DNA from: Microthyrium microscopicum
Taxonomy: Eukaryota
Assembly (NCBI GenBank): GCA_010405405.1
Contig: MU004237.1
Location: 1,437,345 to 1,501,344 of the forward strand
Reading direction: 5' to 3'
Length of the DNA stretch: 64,000 nt
Position 1 is the first letter of the stretch. Each line of letters starts with the position of its first letter. The position numbers and the translations under genes were made by a program. Below are positions 1 to 13,558 of this stretch, piece by piece. Below the pieces are notes generated by a model, which saw only the letters and a program-made list of their open reading frames with translations, searched no databases and was not told where the DNA came from.

Positions 1-516
1 GGCAATGGCTCAGTGACATTGCTGAACTTACGAGACGTCCACTTGCCAAATTAGGAAGTCATCACAACTGAATGTATGACCTAGTACCTAGGTAGAGTTC
101 AAGAACCAATCGACTCTCAAGTCAAGTCGCTGAGTTTTGTATCCGTGAGCAACATCGAGTGCGGTAATTGTATCCAAGTGAGCAGTCGGTGTCAGGGTGA
201 GTCGAGGTCAAAATACTACCTGGTCATCCCTTCCTCATCTCTTCCCTCAACTCAAGTCTCTTGAACTTGACTGCCTGAGAAACATCAGTTACCGTGACGA
301 ATACACATGAGCAGTCTCTTCGTGTCCGAATTGGGGAAACCAAATTTTGTAAGCACTATATAATTTGACCTCCACCCAGAGTACCTCTCCATTACTTTTA
401 CAGTCCACTACCTCAACTCCTAAGCTTGTCTATACCCCATTGAATTTATCAACCAGTCTCGATTAAGAAAAGCTACACATTGGCCCCTTTTCCCATTGGG
501 TGTTTCACCACCAGCC

Positions 517-3500
517 ATGACTGAACCATTAAGCTCCGGCAAGTTGCCCGACATCAAATATGACATCAAATATGATACCAACACTATCGTTCGCATGAGA
601 GCCATGACAGAGCAGCTCAAGAATCGCGGTATCAAAAATTTGAAGGACCAAGCTTTCAAACTGCTCAACTTGAATGATGACCATGACCTCAAGCAGCTCG
701 TGATTGGACACCCATGGTTTTGGAACCTTTGGTACAAATTCAGAGATGGCTTTGAATTGAATCCAAATGCTGTGAAAGGCAACTGCCCTACAGATGCGAC
801 AATTGCCGGTCAGAGTCTCGAGTACCATTTGGATGTGAGAAGTAAGTGAACGAATCGTCCAACCAGTGGTACTTACCAAGAGCACCTGTCATCTGCATTG
901 ATTTCAATCAAGTCGGCAAAGTTACTGGCTGGCGGGACTTGGCGTCCATCGACTACGATGTTTGACTTAGCAGTTTTGGTCACATACTAACTCCTCCAGG
1001 CATTCATAATTACGGCGATGACTCCCAGTGCTGCATGCATTCGGAAATTGATGCATTGACATGGATTACGTTTAACGTGCTCAGAAAACTGTCAGCCGTA
1101 ACATTAGCACACCCTCATACAGAAGAAGCAGCCCTTGGAGTGGTTAAGCTCCTCCTATGGCTTCGACAGCCTTATCGCACTACCAAAAAGGTTCCTCAGA
1201 CCGAAGCATTGGACGACTGTATCGAAAAAGAGCTTGGAATCCCACTTTATTTGCCCGACGAAGCGGCTTACAAACATGTCAACGTCTACAATCAAGTCTT
1301 CGTCCATAGAAACGGAAATTTCTTCAATACCAACTCGGACTGGAAAGACCCCGATCCCATTGAAGATGAGAACTCGCCAGTTGCTAGCGAAAAGACTGCG
1401 TTCAATTACGACTTGTTTGCCGGCACAAAAGAGGAACACCAAAAGCAAATCGACGCACTAGTCGCAAGTGCTCCCGAAGAGTCTAAGCCCACGTGGGAAA
1501 AGTGTCTGAAAGTCTCCCATCAAAACATCAACCACATTGGCGAGCTCGAAGCGTCTCCAAGCGTAGTAGAGCGCTCGTTGCATTTCGGCAGCTATACGGA
1601 GCTGGAGGACGATTGTCGGAAGCCTCAAGTCAACAAGAAGAAGTTACCAGCAGTCCCAGTCCTTGAATCTCAGCTGGCTCCATCAATCTCCTCTATCGAA
1701 CGAGCCCAACAACGTGCAGCAGCTGAAGAAATTGAGGAACTAAGAAAACGTACTGACGAGTTGAGTGACATGTCTGATCCTGGAATTTGGAACTTGACAT
1801 TCAAGGAATGCTGCGAACTCATCAATGTCAACCCCGAGCACGAATTCAAGAGACCTCCTCTGATGAACCAACCCTGGTATTTACTAGATCACCAGGTCGA
1901 AGCAGTGGCAGTGATTATCAAAAACATCATTCCTATCAAAAAGATTTCACAAAACTACGATCTCAAGGACCCTAGACGAGGATTCCTTCTGGCAGATGGC
2001 ACAGGCCTTGGTAAAAGCATAGAAGTGTTCGCATCAATACTGACTCTGATTCACAAGCGTCTCGAACTTCAAAAAAACTACCCGCATCTTCTGGAGGATG
2101 TGGAGGCACAATGGCCAGACAAACCACATCTCGTGGTATGTCCTGCGGATCTGGTGCTTGACTGCGTGCGAAATATGAAGAGCTGGTCTTCTGATGTACA
2201 TGTCATTCAGTATGACGATCGCATGAAGATGGATTTAAAGGAAGCAGTCTCCGGACCCAGCAACAAGAAAGGCCCACACCAAACCATAGTGGTCTGTTCA
2301 TACCCTTTTTTAGTTGCACGACATGGTACCGGAGGCAAGGCACAGCAGAAAGCTCGCAAAACTTCGGGAGAGAACAAGAATTCGAGCTCTGTCACTAAGA
2401 AGATTATGTCAAAGCCTAGCTTGCAAGGCATTTTCGGTGGAGTATGGGCAGATGAAGGCCACTATCTTAAAGGTAGAGGTTCCACCCGCACTCAAACTAT
2501 GCTCGAGCTGAGAGCATCCTTTTACGTTCTGATCACTGGTACTCCAATTCACAATATGAGCAGCGATCTGGAGGCGCAAATGGACTTCCTCGTTGATCCT
2601 TACAAAGCTGAAGCTTATATCAGAAAAAGATGGACTGGAAAGCATATTCCTTTTAGTTGGGACCCTTGGACAGTATCTGTCGGGGAGGATGAAAAATGGG
2701 TATATGCCACTCGGTACGGAATGGCAAGCATTAGAGACAAGGAAAAAGGCCCCGAGCAAAACGAGATGATCAAAAATGCAATGCGGCCATTCACTATTCG
2801 ACGCTCTACCACTACGGTGGTAAATGGTAAGGCCATTGGTGAGGACATTCCTCATCGTGTCATACGCAAAAACGATCTAATGGGAACTCCCGCGCATGTG
2901 GCGATGAAGAGAAAGGTGATTTTGCGTATTTATCCAGACTACGACAGCCCTGAATTCAGATTCGCCTTTGACACCGAAAGACTACGAGTGTTCACGCATG
3001 CAACGTTTTGCACGGCCCTTGAAAACGTGCAACTGATGTCAAAAGATATCGCTAAAGCGTGGAGCATAGTTCAGGTTTGTAATCCGGAAGATTCACTTCG
3101 AGAGTACTTCAGATTTCTCTGCGAAAACGACCGTAGATTCGCAGCCAAAGAAAAGCCGGAGTTCTTTGAAGCAGCGAGCGATGAAAAGTTGCTGTCCTAT
3201 GTAGTCGACCGCTCCGTCAAGCTTCAGCTCCTAGCTTATGACCTTGGTGTTCGAGTTGTTCTACAACGGAAAAAGATCATCATTTGGGTCTTCTGGCCTT
3301 GCATTCAGCTCCTGGTGCTGGCTTTCCTTCGATCATTGGGCCTGAAAGCGGCGGCCTTTCATGCTCAGCTAAGTCAAGATGCTCGTCAACGATTAGTCAA
3401 GAAATTCAATGAAGAAGACGGTATAATCAACGAACCCTTGCTAACTGGTGCATTGCTAACTTTCGCCAGATATTATGATCCTCGTCATGAATTACAATGT

Positions 3501-3966
3501 CGCGTCTGAAGGATTGAATCTTCATTTCAAGTGCCATACAGCAATCTTGCTTTGTCGGGCTGCATCTCAACCTGCGGAGGAACAAGCTCAGGCTCGCATA
3601 TGTCGGTTATTCCAGACAATGCCACAGACCATCATTCTCTACATGGAACACGGCACTGCTGATGTAAATCAAATGCTGTGGAACATGTTCAAAGATGCTC
3701 CTCAGACTGGTACCTGGCTGGATATGGACAAAATCAAAGCACAAAGCGAAAGCGGAAAAGTGCAAAAGCGCTCCTTTGAATCTTCAGATCTAGAGGAGGA
3801 TGCTGATGAGGGGATTGATGACAGAGATGAGTACGCAGAAGTTCTCAGTGCTGCCGCAGTGTTAAGTAGAGCTCAGCTGGCCAAGGTTGGAGTGAATGAG
3901 GCGTCTCGAAAACAAAAGGCAGCTGATGCGAAGAAGGGTCAAGCCGAAGCTAGCAATGCGATGTAG
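517..3966 (+). CDS. Divergent SNF2/SWI2-family helicase-like ATPase (multi-exon; 5' exon structure uncertain)
   Basis: ORF 1035-3509 has Walker A GFLLADGTGLGKS, DEGH and TGTP. Intron 3421-3469 (GTATAA...GCTAAC...CAG) joins it to ORF 3475-3966, which has ASEGLNL (motif V) and EEQAQARICRLFQ (motif VI). Upstream ORF from ATG 517 ends at a GTAAGT donor at 842. Confidence 0.8.
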
Positions 3967-6900
3967 TTTTGTTTATAAGGCTCCCAGGCATTGGCCTTTT
4001 TGCTGGGACGAAACAAAAATAACTCTCAAAACGGTGTTAGAGTTGGCAACGGGTTGATGTGTTCACGGAAAAGAAATTGAAGTCATGTATGAAATCAATA
4101 TTCAGTCTCGAACTCTCTCTTTAGATTTCCCGTGCCAGTCATCGTTGCTAACTGTCTTCTCACCCTTGCAATTTGAGCGTATTTCATACTATGGTTTGAG
4201 CAGCAACGAGGAGTAAGTACTCCAATTATCTTCTTCTTATCCTCATCAGGCTAAACTTTAAAGCAAAGCCTTTTCACAATCTTGCGTTTTGAAGGCATTT
4301 TGTGACGGCACATCACTTGAATCGAAAACGACATCCCTCATTGCTTTCGTAATACCAGAATGAAACACCCATATCGCGCTAAAAGGATATTACGCGAAAC
4401 TCGTCGCTTCGTGGAGCTTCACGAAGCCTCAACTTAGCATCTCATCCACGATGGATATCAAACAGTTTAATGAGTATCAAGACAATGTGCCACCTTCCAT
4501 GTCCCATCCAAGAAGCGCTGCCCCACAACCCAGCAGCTCGAAGGCATTCCAATGCGGCGCCCTATCAGCGATAAGCAGTACGCATCCTATTTGTCTTCGA
4601 GATGAAGGTGGAGCATTCACGGCACAGCTTATAGCTTGTTATAAGGCAACGTAGATCGAAGGCACTTTAAGGTGACACCTTTCTAGCAATGTAACGGGAA
4701 CTTTAGATTGTGCACCAAGGAACCAAGATAAAACTCTATTAGACTTAGAGGGTACATATATGAGGATCAGCAAGTGCTTCGCAACAAACCTAGAAGCTCG
4801 AAGGCATGTCATGCGGGCTTTCTAACAGCTTTGAGATGAATCCATCCTAATTACCTTCGAATTTATCATTTGAAAGACATGCATACAAAGTAAGAAACGA
4901 GTACTTGACAACTCTGATAAACCTGATAACTATGAACATGCTTAAAATAGGATGGCATCTCAACTTAGACTCTAGTAGCAACAAGAATGTCTAACACCAA
5001 GAAAATGCCTCAGAAATCAAGTCTGAAGCCGAAGCATCTCAGTCGTCGTTATTGTCGAGGTGATTTTCAGGATATTGCGAGCACTTAGTGAGTTCATAGC
5101 CACTCTGAGTTGGTGGCATGACCCAGCAATGACTTCGAAGTCATAGGATTTAACCGTAGAGGATCATATTGAAAGATGTGATTTCTCGTCGGGATACCTC
5201 AACCGGAATTTGATGTTCAGATCTTCAGACCTGACAATTCGAATCTCAGGTTCTTTCCTCGTTGCTGAAGAGTCTCTGTTGCTAAAGAGGAATCCATTCA
5301 GATTCCCTTCGAGACTCTTGGGTGTTACATAGCATCTGGAATGTAAATGCAGAGATGTTCTTATGATTCCAACTACTGGCCGAGGACAGCTCCAATTAGC
5401 TATCAAGAAGACGATCTGAAGGTTTGCTACCAGGATCAGGAACTGCCGCTCAAATCGCATATTAGGATTCCTGGAGTCGAAAAATAGATAGACTCAGTGG
5501 TTGTGGTGCTCTGGAAATTCGAAGGCAATTGAGCCTGACTCTCATCGAGTGAGGAACGGGAAGCATCTTCATTGGCTTCAAGATGACTGATTGAAATATT
5601 TGGAAAGCAGGATTTGAAGTAGCTACTGAACTGGTTTCTCAGCTTGCTATTTGAACTATCGGCAGGTCTAAAGAAGATGAACCAGGAAGATAGTTCGAGT
5701 TGATTCTCTTTCAGACAATGGTTTCCCCATACATATCCCCGAGAAACCAGCTTGCAAGTCTGAATATCATAATCATGTCTGTGTTTGGAAGCTTCTCCAC
5801 AACATGCCTCTCTACATAGCAGAAGTCCGAGTGCCTTCGACTTCATGTCATGGTTTGGAACTTGCTTTGTGGATGCGGTAAGTTGGTATGGTGTAGATTT
5901 GGCCAGTTATAGGGGAATGGGGAGCTAAATGCCAGTGAGTGATATTGAAACGATACTTCAGAGCTCCTGGCTGGTCGATCACCCCGGAGTCAGTATGAGG
6001 TCAAGTCCCTGCATGTTGGGAAAGCCCAGCATGTGTCAATCATAGAAGGCACGACAGGTACCTGTCAACCAAATCAAGTAATTTTGTCCCAAATCAGACA
6101 GTTCAGTAATCCGCGTCTCCGCAGTCTTTATCGACACGAGACACTAGCATGATCCGCATGGTCCAGGATTCTCCAGGTTCGTTTCAACCATCCTTGGAAC
6201 TAGGAAGACAAGCTGATTTCACGAGAACAGTACCGGTTGAAAGGAACAGCAGTACAGAATGCGGCTCGGCCAGTAGGTAGCGTCTGACATTGTCTGTACC
6301 TTTGTTGACCAACCAGGAATCGTAAAGGGCCAAGATCAACCATCTGCAACTAGACTAAGACAAGATGGCCGAGGAATAGTTCACAGGCAAGACTGGCAAG
6401 AGACTCAGAAACAGGCTGCGGATCCGCGATATCGAGTGGCGTCCGGAAGGGTAGTAGCTGATTGTGGGGTAAGCAGTAAGACTAAGCTGGTAAATCCGTA
6501 AAAATGCCCCGCCATCTCCAGATATATCCACGTTTTGGGCTTTCTTTTTGCTTTTTCTCGCCTCCAAGGCTGACGACTCTAGCAGCTGATTGGTGGATAT
6601 GACACCTTCAAGGCTCAATGGGTATTGCGTGCAGGGGATCTAGCTCCATGGGTCCTTGGTCTTTTTTTCTTCGCGATGTGCTTATGATCGGCGGACCCGC
6701 GGTCGTTTGACGCTGAAAGAGGTCTGCTCTCACTGGTAATACTGGTATTTGGTTGCTTGGGAAGAAGGTGGACATGTTCTTGATCCTGTGATGTTAACTT
6801 GCATCCGCGAAACCATTGGTGACAGCGGGGCCAGGCCGAGTATAGCGGATGCGCGGTGCGGGTCTTGCCTCGTTGCACCGCACGACGATGGGAGAAGGAG

Positions 6901-7102
6901 GAGGAGGCAATTGATGTCAAGTGTTCGGGCTATGACATCTAAGATCGTGGTTTGTATATGAACCCATTGCCCCTTCCTCCAACCCCGCATTTATTGTTAC
7001 CCATTACCTCACCTATCCAACCCTTTTCTTCCTCTAATATACAAACTCTTCAACCACTGCTTTTTGTTCGTGATACCCATCTGCTTTTGTAAACTATCAA
7101 TC

Positions 7103-8754
7103 ATGACGAGCACTACTCTCAAAACCCCCGCCACGGGTGATTATGAGCAGCCAACCGGCCTGTATGTCTTTCCCCCCGAAGCACGAGTCAGATGGAGAAC
7201 GAAAACTAACTGACGTTTCTAGCTTCATCAACGGCGAGTTCGTAAAGGGCGTCGAAGGCAAGACCTTTGAGGTCATCAATCCCAGTGACGAGTCCGTCAT
7301 CTGCTCCGTCAGCGAGGCTACCGAGAAGGACGTCGACATTGCCGTCAAGGCTGCTCGTGCTGCCTTTGAAGGAGAATGGCGAAAAGTCACTCCTGAAGAT
7401 CGTGGAAAGTACCTTCACAAGCTCGCCGACCTCTTTGAACGCGATCTCGAAACTCTCGCCGCCATTGAGACGCTAGACAATGGCAAAGCTTTCTCTATGG
7501 CCAAGGGTGATGTTGGCATGTGTGTCAGCACACTCCACTACTACGCTGGCTGGGCAGACAAGATAGAGGGTAAGGTTATTGATACCAACCACGAGACTTT
7601 TAACTACGTCAAGAAGGAACCAGTAAGTCTTAACACACGAAGCACTCTTGTGGTGAAGTCTAATATGACAGATCGGTGTTTGCGGTCAAATCATTCCATG
7701 GAACTTCCCACTTCTCATGTGGGCATGGAAAATCGGTCCAGTCCTTGCCACTGGCAACACAGTCATTATCAAGTCCGCCGAACAAACACCTCTCTCCGCT
7801 CTCTACGCCGCCAAACTCGTTAAAGAAGCTGGTTTCCCCAACGGTGTCGTCAACATCATCTCCGGCTTCGGCAAGGTCGCTGGTGCCGCCATCTCCTCAC
7901 ACATGGATATCGACAAAGTTGCCTTCACTGGCTCCACAGTCGTTGGTCGCCAGATCATGAAGGCTGCTGCCAGCTCCAACTTGAAGAAGGTCACCCTCGA
8001 GCTTGGTGGCAAGAGCCCTAACATTGTCTTTGACGATGCTGATATCGACAACGCCATCTCCTGGGTTAACTTTGGTATCTTCTTCAATCATGGCCAGTGC
8101 TGCTGTGCCGGCTCAAGAGTCTATGTGCAAGAAGGTATCTACGACAAGTTTATGGCACGCTTCAAGGAGCGAGCATCCAAGAACGTTGTTGGTGATCCAT
8201 TTGGCTCCGATACCTTCCAGGGACCGCAAGTCTCACAAGTACAATTCGACCGCATCATGAGGTAAGCCATTTCCAATCCTTTCACCATTTACAGTCACTA
8301 ACATTTCCTCAGCTACATCGAACACGGCAAACAATCCGGCGCCACCGTTGAAACCGGCGGCAAACGCAAGGGTGACAAGGGTTTCTTCATCGAGCCCACC
8401 ATTTTCTCCGGCGTCAGCGAAGACATGAAAATCGTTCAAGAAGAAATCTTTGGCCCCGTCTGCTCCGTCAGCAAATTCAAGACCGCCGAAGAAGTCGTCA
8501 AGGCCGGCAACAGCACTACTTACGGCCTCGCCGCTGCCGTACATACCTCCAACATCAACACGGCCATTGAGGTGTCAAATGCGCTCAAGGCTGGCACTGT
8601 CTGGGTCAACAGTTACAACATGCTACACCACCAATTGCCATTCGGTGGCTACAAGGAGAGCGGTATTGGACGGGAGCTTGGTGAGGCTGCACTAGAGAAC
8701 TATTTGCAGACAAAGACTGTGTCTATCAGACTTGGAAATGCTCTTTTCGGTTAA
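7103..8754 (+). CDS. aldA: Aldehyde dehydrogenase (NAD+), 4 exons
   Basis: Spliced product has [38 protein letters not shown] and PFGGYKESG; canonical GT-AG introns near 7162, 7623 and 8262. Confidence 0.95.
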
Positions 8755-8928
8755 GGAATAGGTTGCGTGATGTATTTGATGTGGTTATGAGAATGATACT
8801 TCTTTTGTACATAATTTAAAATGGCCTACAATATATTGCCAAATAGTTGAATTGAGTCTTTCCTTGCCTCATTTACTCCTACAAATGTATCTGATGTTAT
8901 AGTATATCACTATATCTTGACAACCCGC

Positions 8929-10658
8929 TCAGCTAGCTGAAACCACACTGTTTGCAGGATCATCTTTCTCCATAACCACTGCTCCACTCTCAATCGTCGT
9001 CCACTCTTCGTTCATCTTCCTCAACATTCTCCCCAGAAGATAACCATATGACAATCCAAAGATATGGTTAACGTGATCCAACCGTGGCGTCTTCGCCAAC
9101 CTCATACTGACCACCTCAGCAACGACCAATCCCAGCACCATCACCAGACCATCTGCCTCTACCGGTCCTAGGCCTAGGACATTCAACCGCCTACTATCCT
9201 GCAGTCCTTGATATGCGCCAAATAAGCCCAACACCGCTCCTGAGGCACCAAGACTGGCATATAAACCATTTCGCTTCATTACGTGCGCACCGAGGGCCAC
9301 TGCATTCGCGTAGATGCCAGCCCCCACATAAATAGCGAGAAAGTTCGTGGTGCCAACTTCATCATGCAACGGCATGCCTATGCTGAAGAGTAGAGCGGTG
9401 TTGATGGCCAAGTGCCATATCCAGCGTTGGTGGCTGAAGACGGCGGTTAGGAGGGAGATGGTGCTGGGTGAAGAGGCGAGGAGGAGGAAGTGCCGGTTCA
9501 TGAAATGCCAGAAGCGTGGCTGTTTCCAGGCGAGGCACACGAGTAGGTTGACAGCTGTTATGGCGGCGCAAGTTAGGAGAGCTGGTGTGGGGTTGAGGGG
9601 GTCGTATTGTGGGGGTGTTGAGGATGGTGGGTGGACTTCTTGGGGCGAGAGGAAGAGGAGTAAGAAGGTGATTGAGAGGAAGGCGAATGTTATGGGGCGC
9701 ATGAGGGTGCGGAGCTGGGAGGGGATTTAGTATGAAGGGAGAGAGCTGGAATGGGTGGTGAACATACGCGATTGGGATTTTGCTTGACGGCTTCGGGGTC
9801 AAAGTCTAACGTTGCTTGTTGTTCGAGCTTGTCCCACGTAGCTAACTTCTCATCCCGTCGTTCTGCGAGTGCGATTTGATGGTTTATAATCGCTAGGTGC
9901 GTTTCCTCGAGTTCGCGGATTGCTTTCTCAAGCTCATCTTGCTTCATCGTCATTTCCGCATCAACTTTATCCACACTCTCCATCGCCGTATCGTTGGTAT
10001 ACTGGATCAGCGCGCCCTTGATATGTCGCCTCTTCCTATTCTCACGCCATTCCTCCACCTTTTTTGCCAGCCGTTTTGCCTTTTCTTGTGGGTCATCTTC
10101 GTTTTCCTTCACAGAATTTTTGTATAGCCAAGAATTCGCTGCCTTCTCCTCGAGTTCGGCTCGTAATTTATCGTCTTCTGCTAGCGCGTACTCTGCTGCT
10201 GCGGCAGCTTCGTCGGCTGGGTGGTGGAAGCGTAGCCAGGAGAGTGCACGATTGCCTTGTTCTTCGGTGATTTCGGGGTAAGCAGGTATATGCAAGCCGG
10301 CATCAACGAGGGTGCCACTGATGCGGCGTTTATGAAGCTCGTATATCACTGCGTTGCCGGTTCTGACGTCGATGCTTGGCCCGAATATGGCACGGATTTC
10401 GAGGGCGGGGACGCGCTGGGTTTGCGCAACTGGTGCCGTTCGTCGAAGCCTTGGAGCTTGTAAATTTCTCGAGGTTTTCGACCGAGTTGAATTTCGCGGT
10501 GCGGCATATTGTTTTCGTGAGAGGCTAAAGTCCCTTATAGCTGACCGTTTCCAGCTCAGACTTTCGGCGAGCGGAGGTAGGATGCGGCATGTTGGACGGA
10601 GGGTGTTTTGGAAGCCCACACAGGGCTGACGGAAGATCCCAGCCCAGACATTGTTCAT
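8929..10658 (-). CDS. Mitochondrial rhomboid protease (Pcp1/PARL-like)
   Basis: Arg-rich N-terminal leader; TM domain with AVFSHQ..WHL..N, catalytic GASG and downstream His (DHVNHIFG); one intron near 9730-9766. Confidence 0.85.
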
Positions 10659-11023
10659 TTCGGGTGGTTTTGCGCGTCTCCCGGAAGTAACACCATAGTT
10701 GTACGCAGGGTGGATGTGCTTGAGGAATGAAGCTATCACGAACCTCCTGATTGGGGCTGGGATGATGTTGTAGATTTTCAAAGTCACGTGCCGAAAGGTA
10801 TACACATGTGCAATGTTGACCAATTTTTATCAAGAGCATCGAATATATCCAGATGTTATGATGAAATCTGATTAAGATTTGAAATAGACTTGACATCCTC
10901 ATCATGAGTAAATTGCTACGATGGCCATATATACAAATTTGACCGATGCGATGAGCAGATAGTCATGGATCTGAGATCATCAGCTCCTGTATACTAGTTA
11001 GTACTGGCATATTTACCTCAAGT

Positions 11024-11191
11024 CAGCTAGATTCAAGACAGCGAGATTCAAGACAGCGAGATTCAAGACAGCGAGATTCAAGACAGCGAGATTCAAGACA
11101 GCNNNNNNNNNNAGATTCAAGACAGCGAGATTCAAGACAGCGAGATTCAAGACAGCGAGATTCAAGACAGCGAGATTCAAGACAGCTAGAT
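11024..11191. repeat. 15-bp minisatellite (AGATTCAAGACAGCG)n, at least 10 copies, spanning an assembly gap (N 11103-11112)
   Basis: Perfect tandem copies visible on both sides of the N run. Confidence 0.95.
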
Positions 11192-12225
11192 TCATGCCAT
11201 CTTTCCAGGCACAAACGGATGGCCAGCACTCAATCCACCACACACCGGGATCGATTGCCCATTAACATAACTAGCCTCATCACTCGACAAAAACAAAACC
11301 ACACGCGCCACTTCATCCGCAATGCCACCGCGTCGTAGAGGATTCAATTGCCCAATCTTTCTCTCCGTCCCCCGTGTCCGGGCCATCTCATACATCGGCG
11401 CTGTCATACCGGTCTCGATGATTCCAGGGCAGATGGCATTACATCTTATACCTGTGCCCGCCAGTTGGTATGAGATAGTTTGAACCAGTGACATCACAGC
11501 TGCTTTCGATGCAGCGTAGTCTGATGCGCCCGCATTTGATCGAATGCCAGCGACGGAGGCAGTTCCTATGATGGAGCCGGTCGGATATGGTTTATTCTTC
11601 ATCATAGCCTTCGCAGCATGTTTCGCGGCCAAAAAAACACTACAACTTCGTCAGTCCCCCTCTCACATGTGCACAAAATCATACATACCCAAGCGCATTA
11701 ATTCTCATAACCTCCATAAACCCCTCCGCCGTCGTCTCCGTAAACAACTGCCCACTCGCAACACCCGCGTTCGCAAAAAACACATCCAATCGCCCATAAT
11801 CCTTCACTGCTTCTCCAACCACCTTCTCCACCGCTGCCTCGTCCGCAGCGTCAAATTGGCGAGTGTGGATGTCGACAGATGGATAGAGGGATGCTAGCTC
11901 CTTTTTGTGCGTGGCAAGGTTGTTGTCCATGAAATCGCAGACGTAGATTGCGCGGGCGCCGTTTTGTGCGTATTGGTGGACTGTGGCGCGACCAATGCCT
12001 AGGGCGGAGTTTGCGCCGGTTACGATGCAGACTTTACCGCTCATGCGACTAATTGCCAATTAGTTCGTTGCGTGAGGAGAGGATGGGAAGCACTTACGGG
12101 CCTGCTGATGGTCCCGCTATGTGCCGTATTTGGGGGATATCTTCGAACATGCCTGGTGTTGCTGGAAATCCTTCAACGAGCTCTTTACTTAGGACTGGCG
12201 GGGTGGTTTTCTTTGCTGACGACAT
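11192..12225 (-). CDS. Short-chain dehydrogenase/reductase (3-oxoacyl-ACP reductase-like)
   Basis: VTGANSALGIG, FFANAG, YAASK catalytic motif, NAICPG; 3 exons with canonical introns. Confidence 0.93.
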
Positions 12226-12697
12226 TTTGGCTTTGTATGGTATGAGGCTTCAAGAGTGTTTGAGTTTACACAACGGATATGGGTTTGTCGGATGTGATGG
12301 CGGGGATTGAGTGAGGTTGAAAATTGACAGCCGAGGCTGGAGGAGCTCGCAACTTCATCTGCTTCAAGTAAGTCGATGTCTCCAAATTTTCATTGACAAG
12401 TTTAGTCGCATTGTAGGTGAAAGTCTTCTACCAATAGCTACAACCACGTCGCGGCTTTTGAGAGCAAAGTCCAAAGTTGATGCTCCGCATTCATAAATCC
12501 TCAACCTTCTTTATTCGGCTGGAAACGATTGTTAAAGTACCTACTGGCGTGCTTAAGTTCAAACATTCGGTGAGATAGTACGATGTAGTGTTAATGAAGC
12601 TAAGACTAATCTCAAACTGACGATTGAATAGAGAGAAATCACCCGTTGATAAGGGTTCACGACAAGACCAGCCGATCGCTCATGACTCCGTTCTTAA

Positions 12698-12820
12698 ATC
12701 GACCTGTTATATATCGACCTGTTATATCGATCTGTTATATCGACCTGTTATATCGACCTGTTACATCGACCTGTTACATCGACCTGTTATGTCGACCTGT
12801 TATGTCGACCTGTCATATCG
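12698..12820. repeat. 13-bp minisatellite (ATCGACCTGTTAT)n, about 9 imperfect copies
   Basis: Visible tandem copies of ATCGACCTGTTAT with variants. Confidence 0.92.
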
Positions 12821-13558
12821 CTAGCTCCATCTCAGTTGAATACTGGTCAACTTTGCAGTCCAAGGTACCGAAGAGTTAGAGCTTCGATGTCTATTTTTTT
12901 GTGACATTATCTAAACCTGATCGGGTCAGTTCCATATATGCCCGTGGTATCTTCTGGCCTACAGAAGTAGCTTGTTGCTCGCCACATTTTGGGATGTTGG
13001 CAACGCAGTTTGAACACCAATTTCCTGTTTTGCATTCAATTAGAATCACCGGCCAATTGTCAAGCTAAGCACCGTTAAAACCCTGATTCATGGAGAAGGG
13101 ATCTGTCTGATTTTCTCACAAGTCGACTCTGGCTTAACCTCCAACCCAAGTATAGATACCTCGTCATAATAGAGCTGTAGCGTGATAACTCGCTAAGGAC
13201 GACTGTAAGTCATTTCATTGGCAGAAAAACGTTGCTCACTTGCTCATTAGGCGGCTTTTCGAAGTTGGTAGCTCGTGGTCCTAATCGCAGTAATACCATC
13301 AATTGATACTCATGAGCTCATTAGCCGTGGATCGAATGGTAGAGTAGTTATATTGGTGAAAGCCTGGAAACAGGTCCTCCGCGCCTCTGGGGATTTAAGC
13401 AGTAAATAAGAGAGGATTTAGCCAAATATTTCCAAACATGAAGGATATGTAAATTAAAACTGTCAAGACTTAATGATATGAACGGAGACTTGAACGATTC
13501 GGTTCGAAATACAAAGTACATAAGAGCCAACACCCGGACGCCCTGCTAAATCGCTCAT

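Noticed and set aside
6700..7000. CreA/AlcR-like motifs (GCGGGG, TGCGG) upstream of aldA
   Set aside because: Too short to distinguish from chance without comparative data.
11013..11243. ORFs with LNLAV and CLESR repeats
   Set aside because: They are translations of the 15-bp minisatellite across an N gap, not genes.
11024..12820. Tandem arrays as CRISPR-like arrays
   Set aside because: No unique spacers, no cas genes, eukaryotic context.
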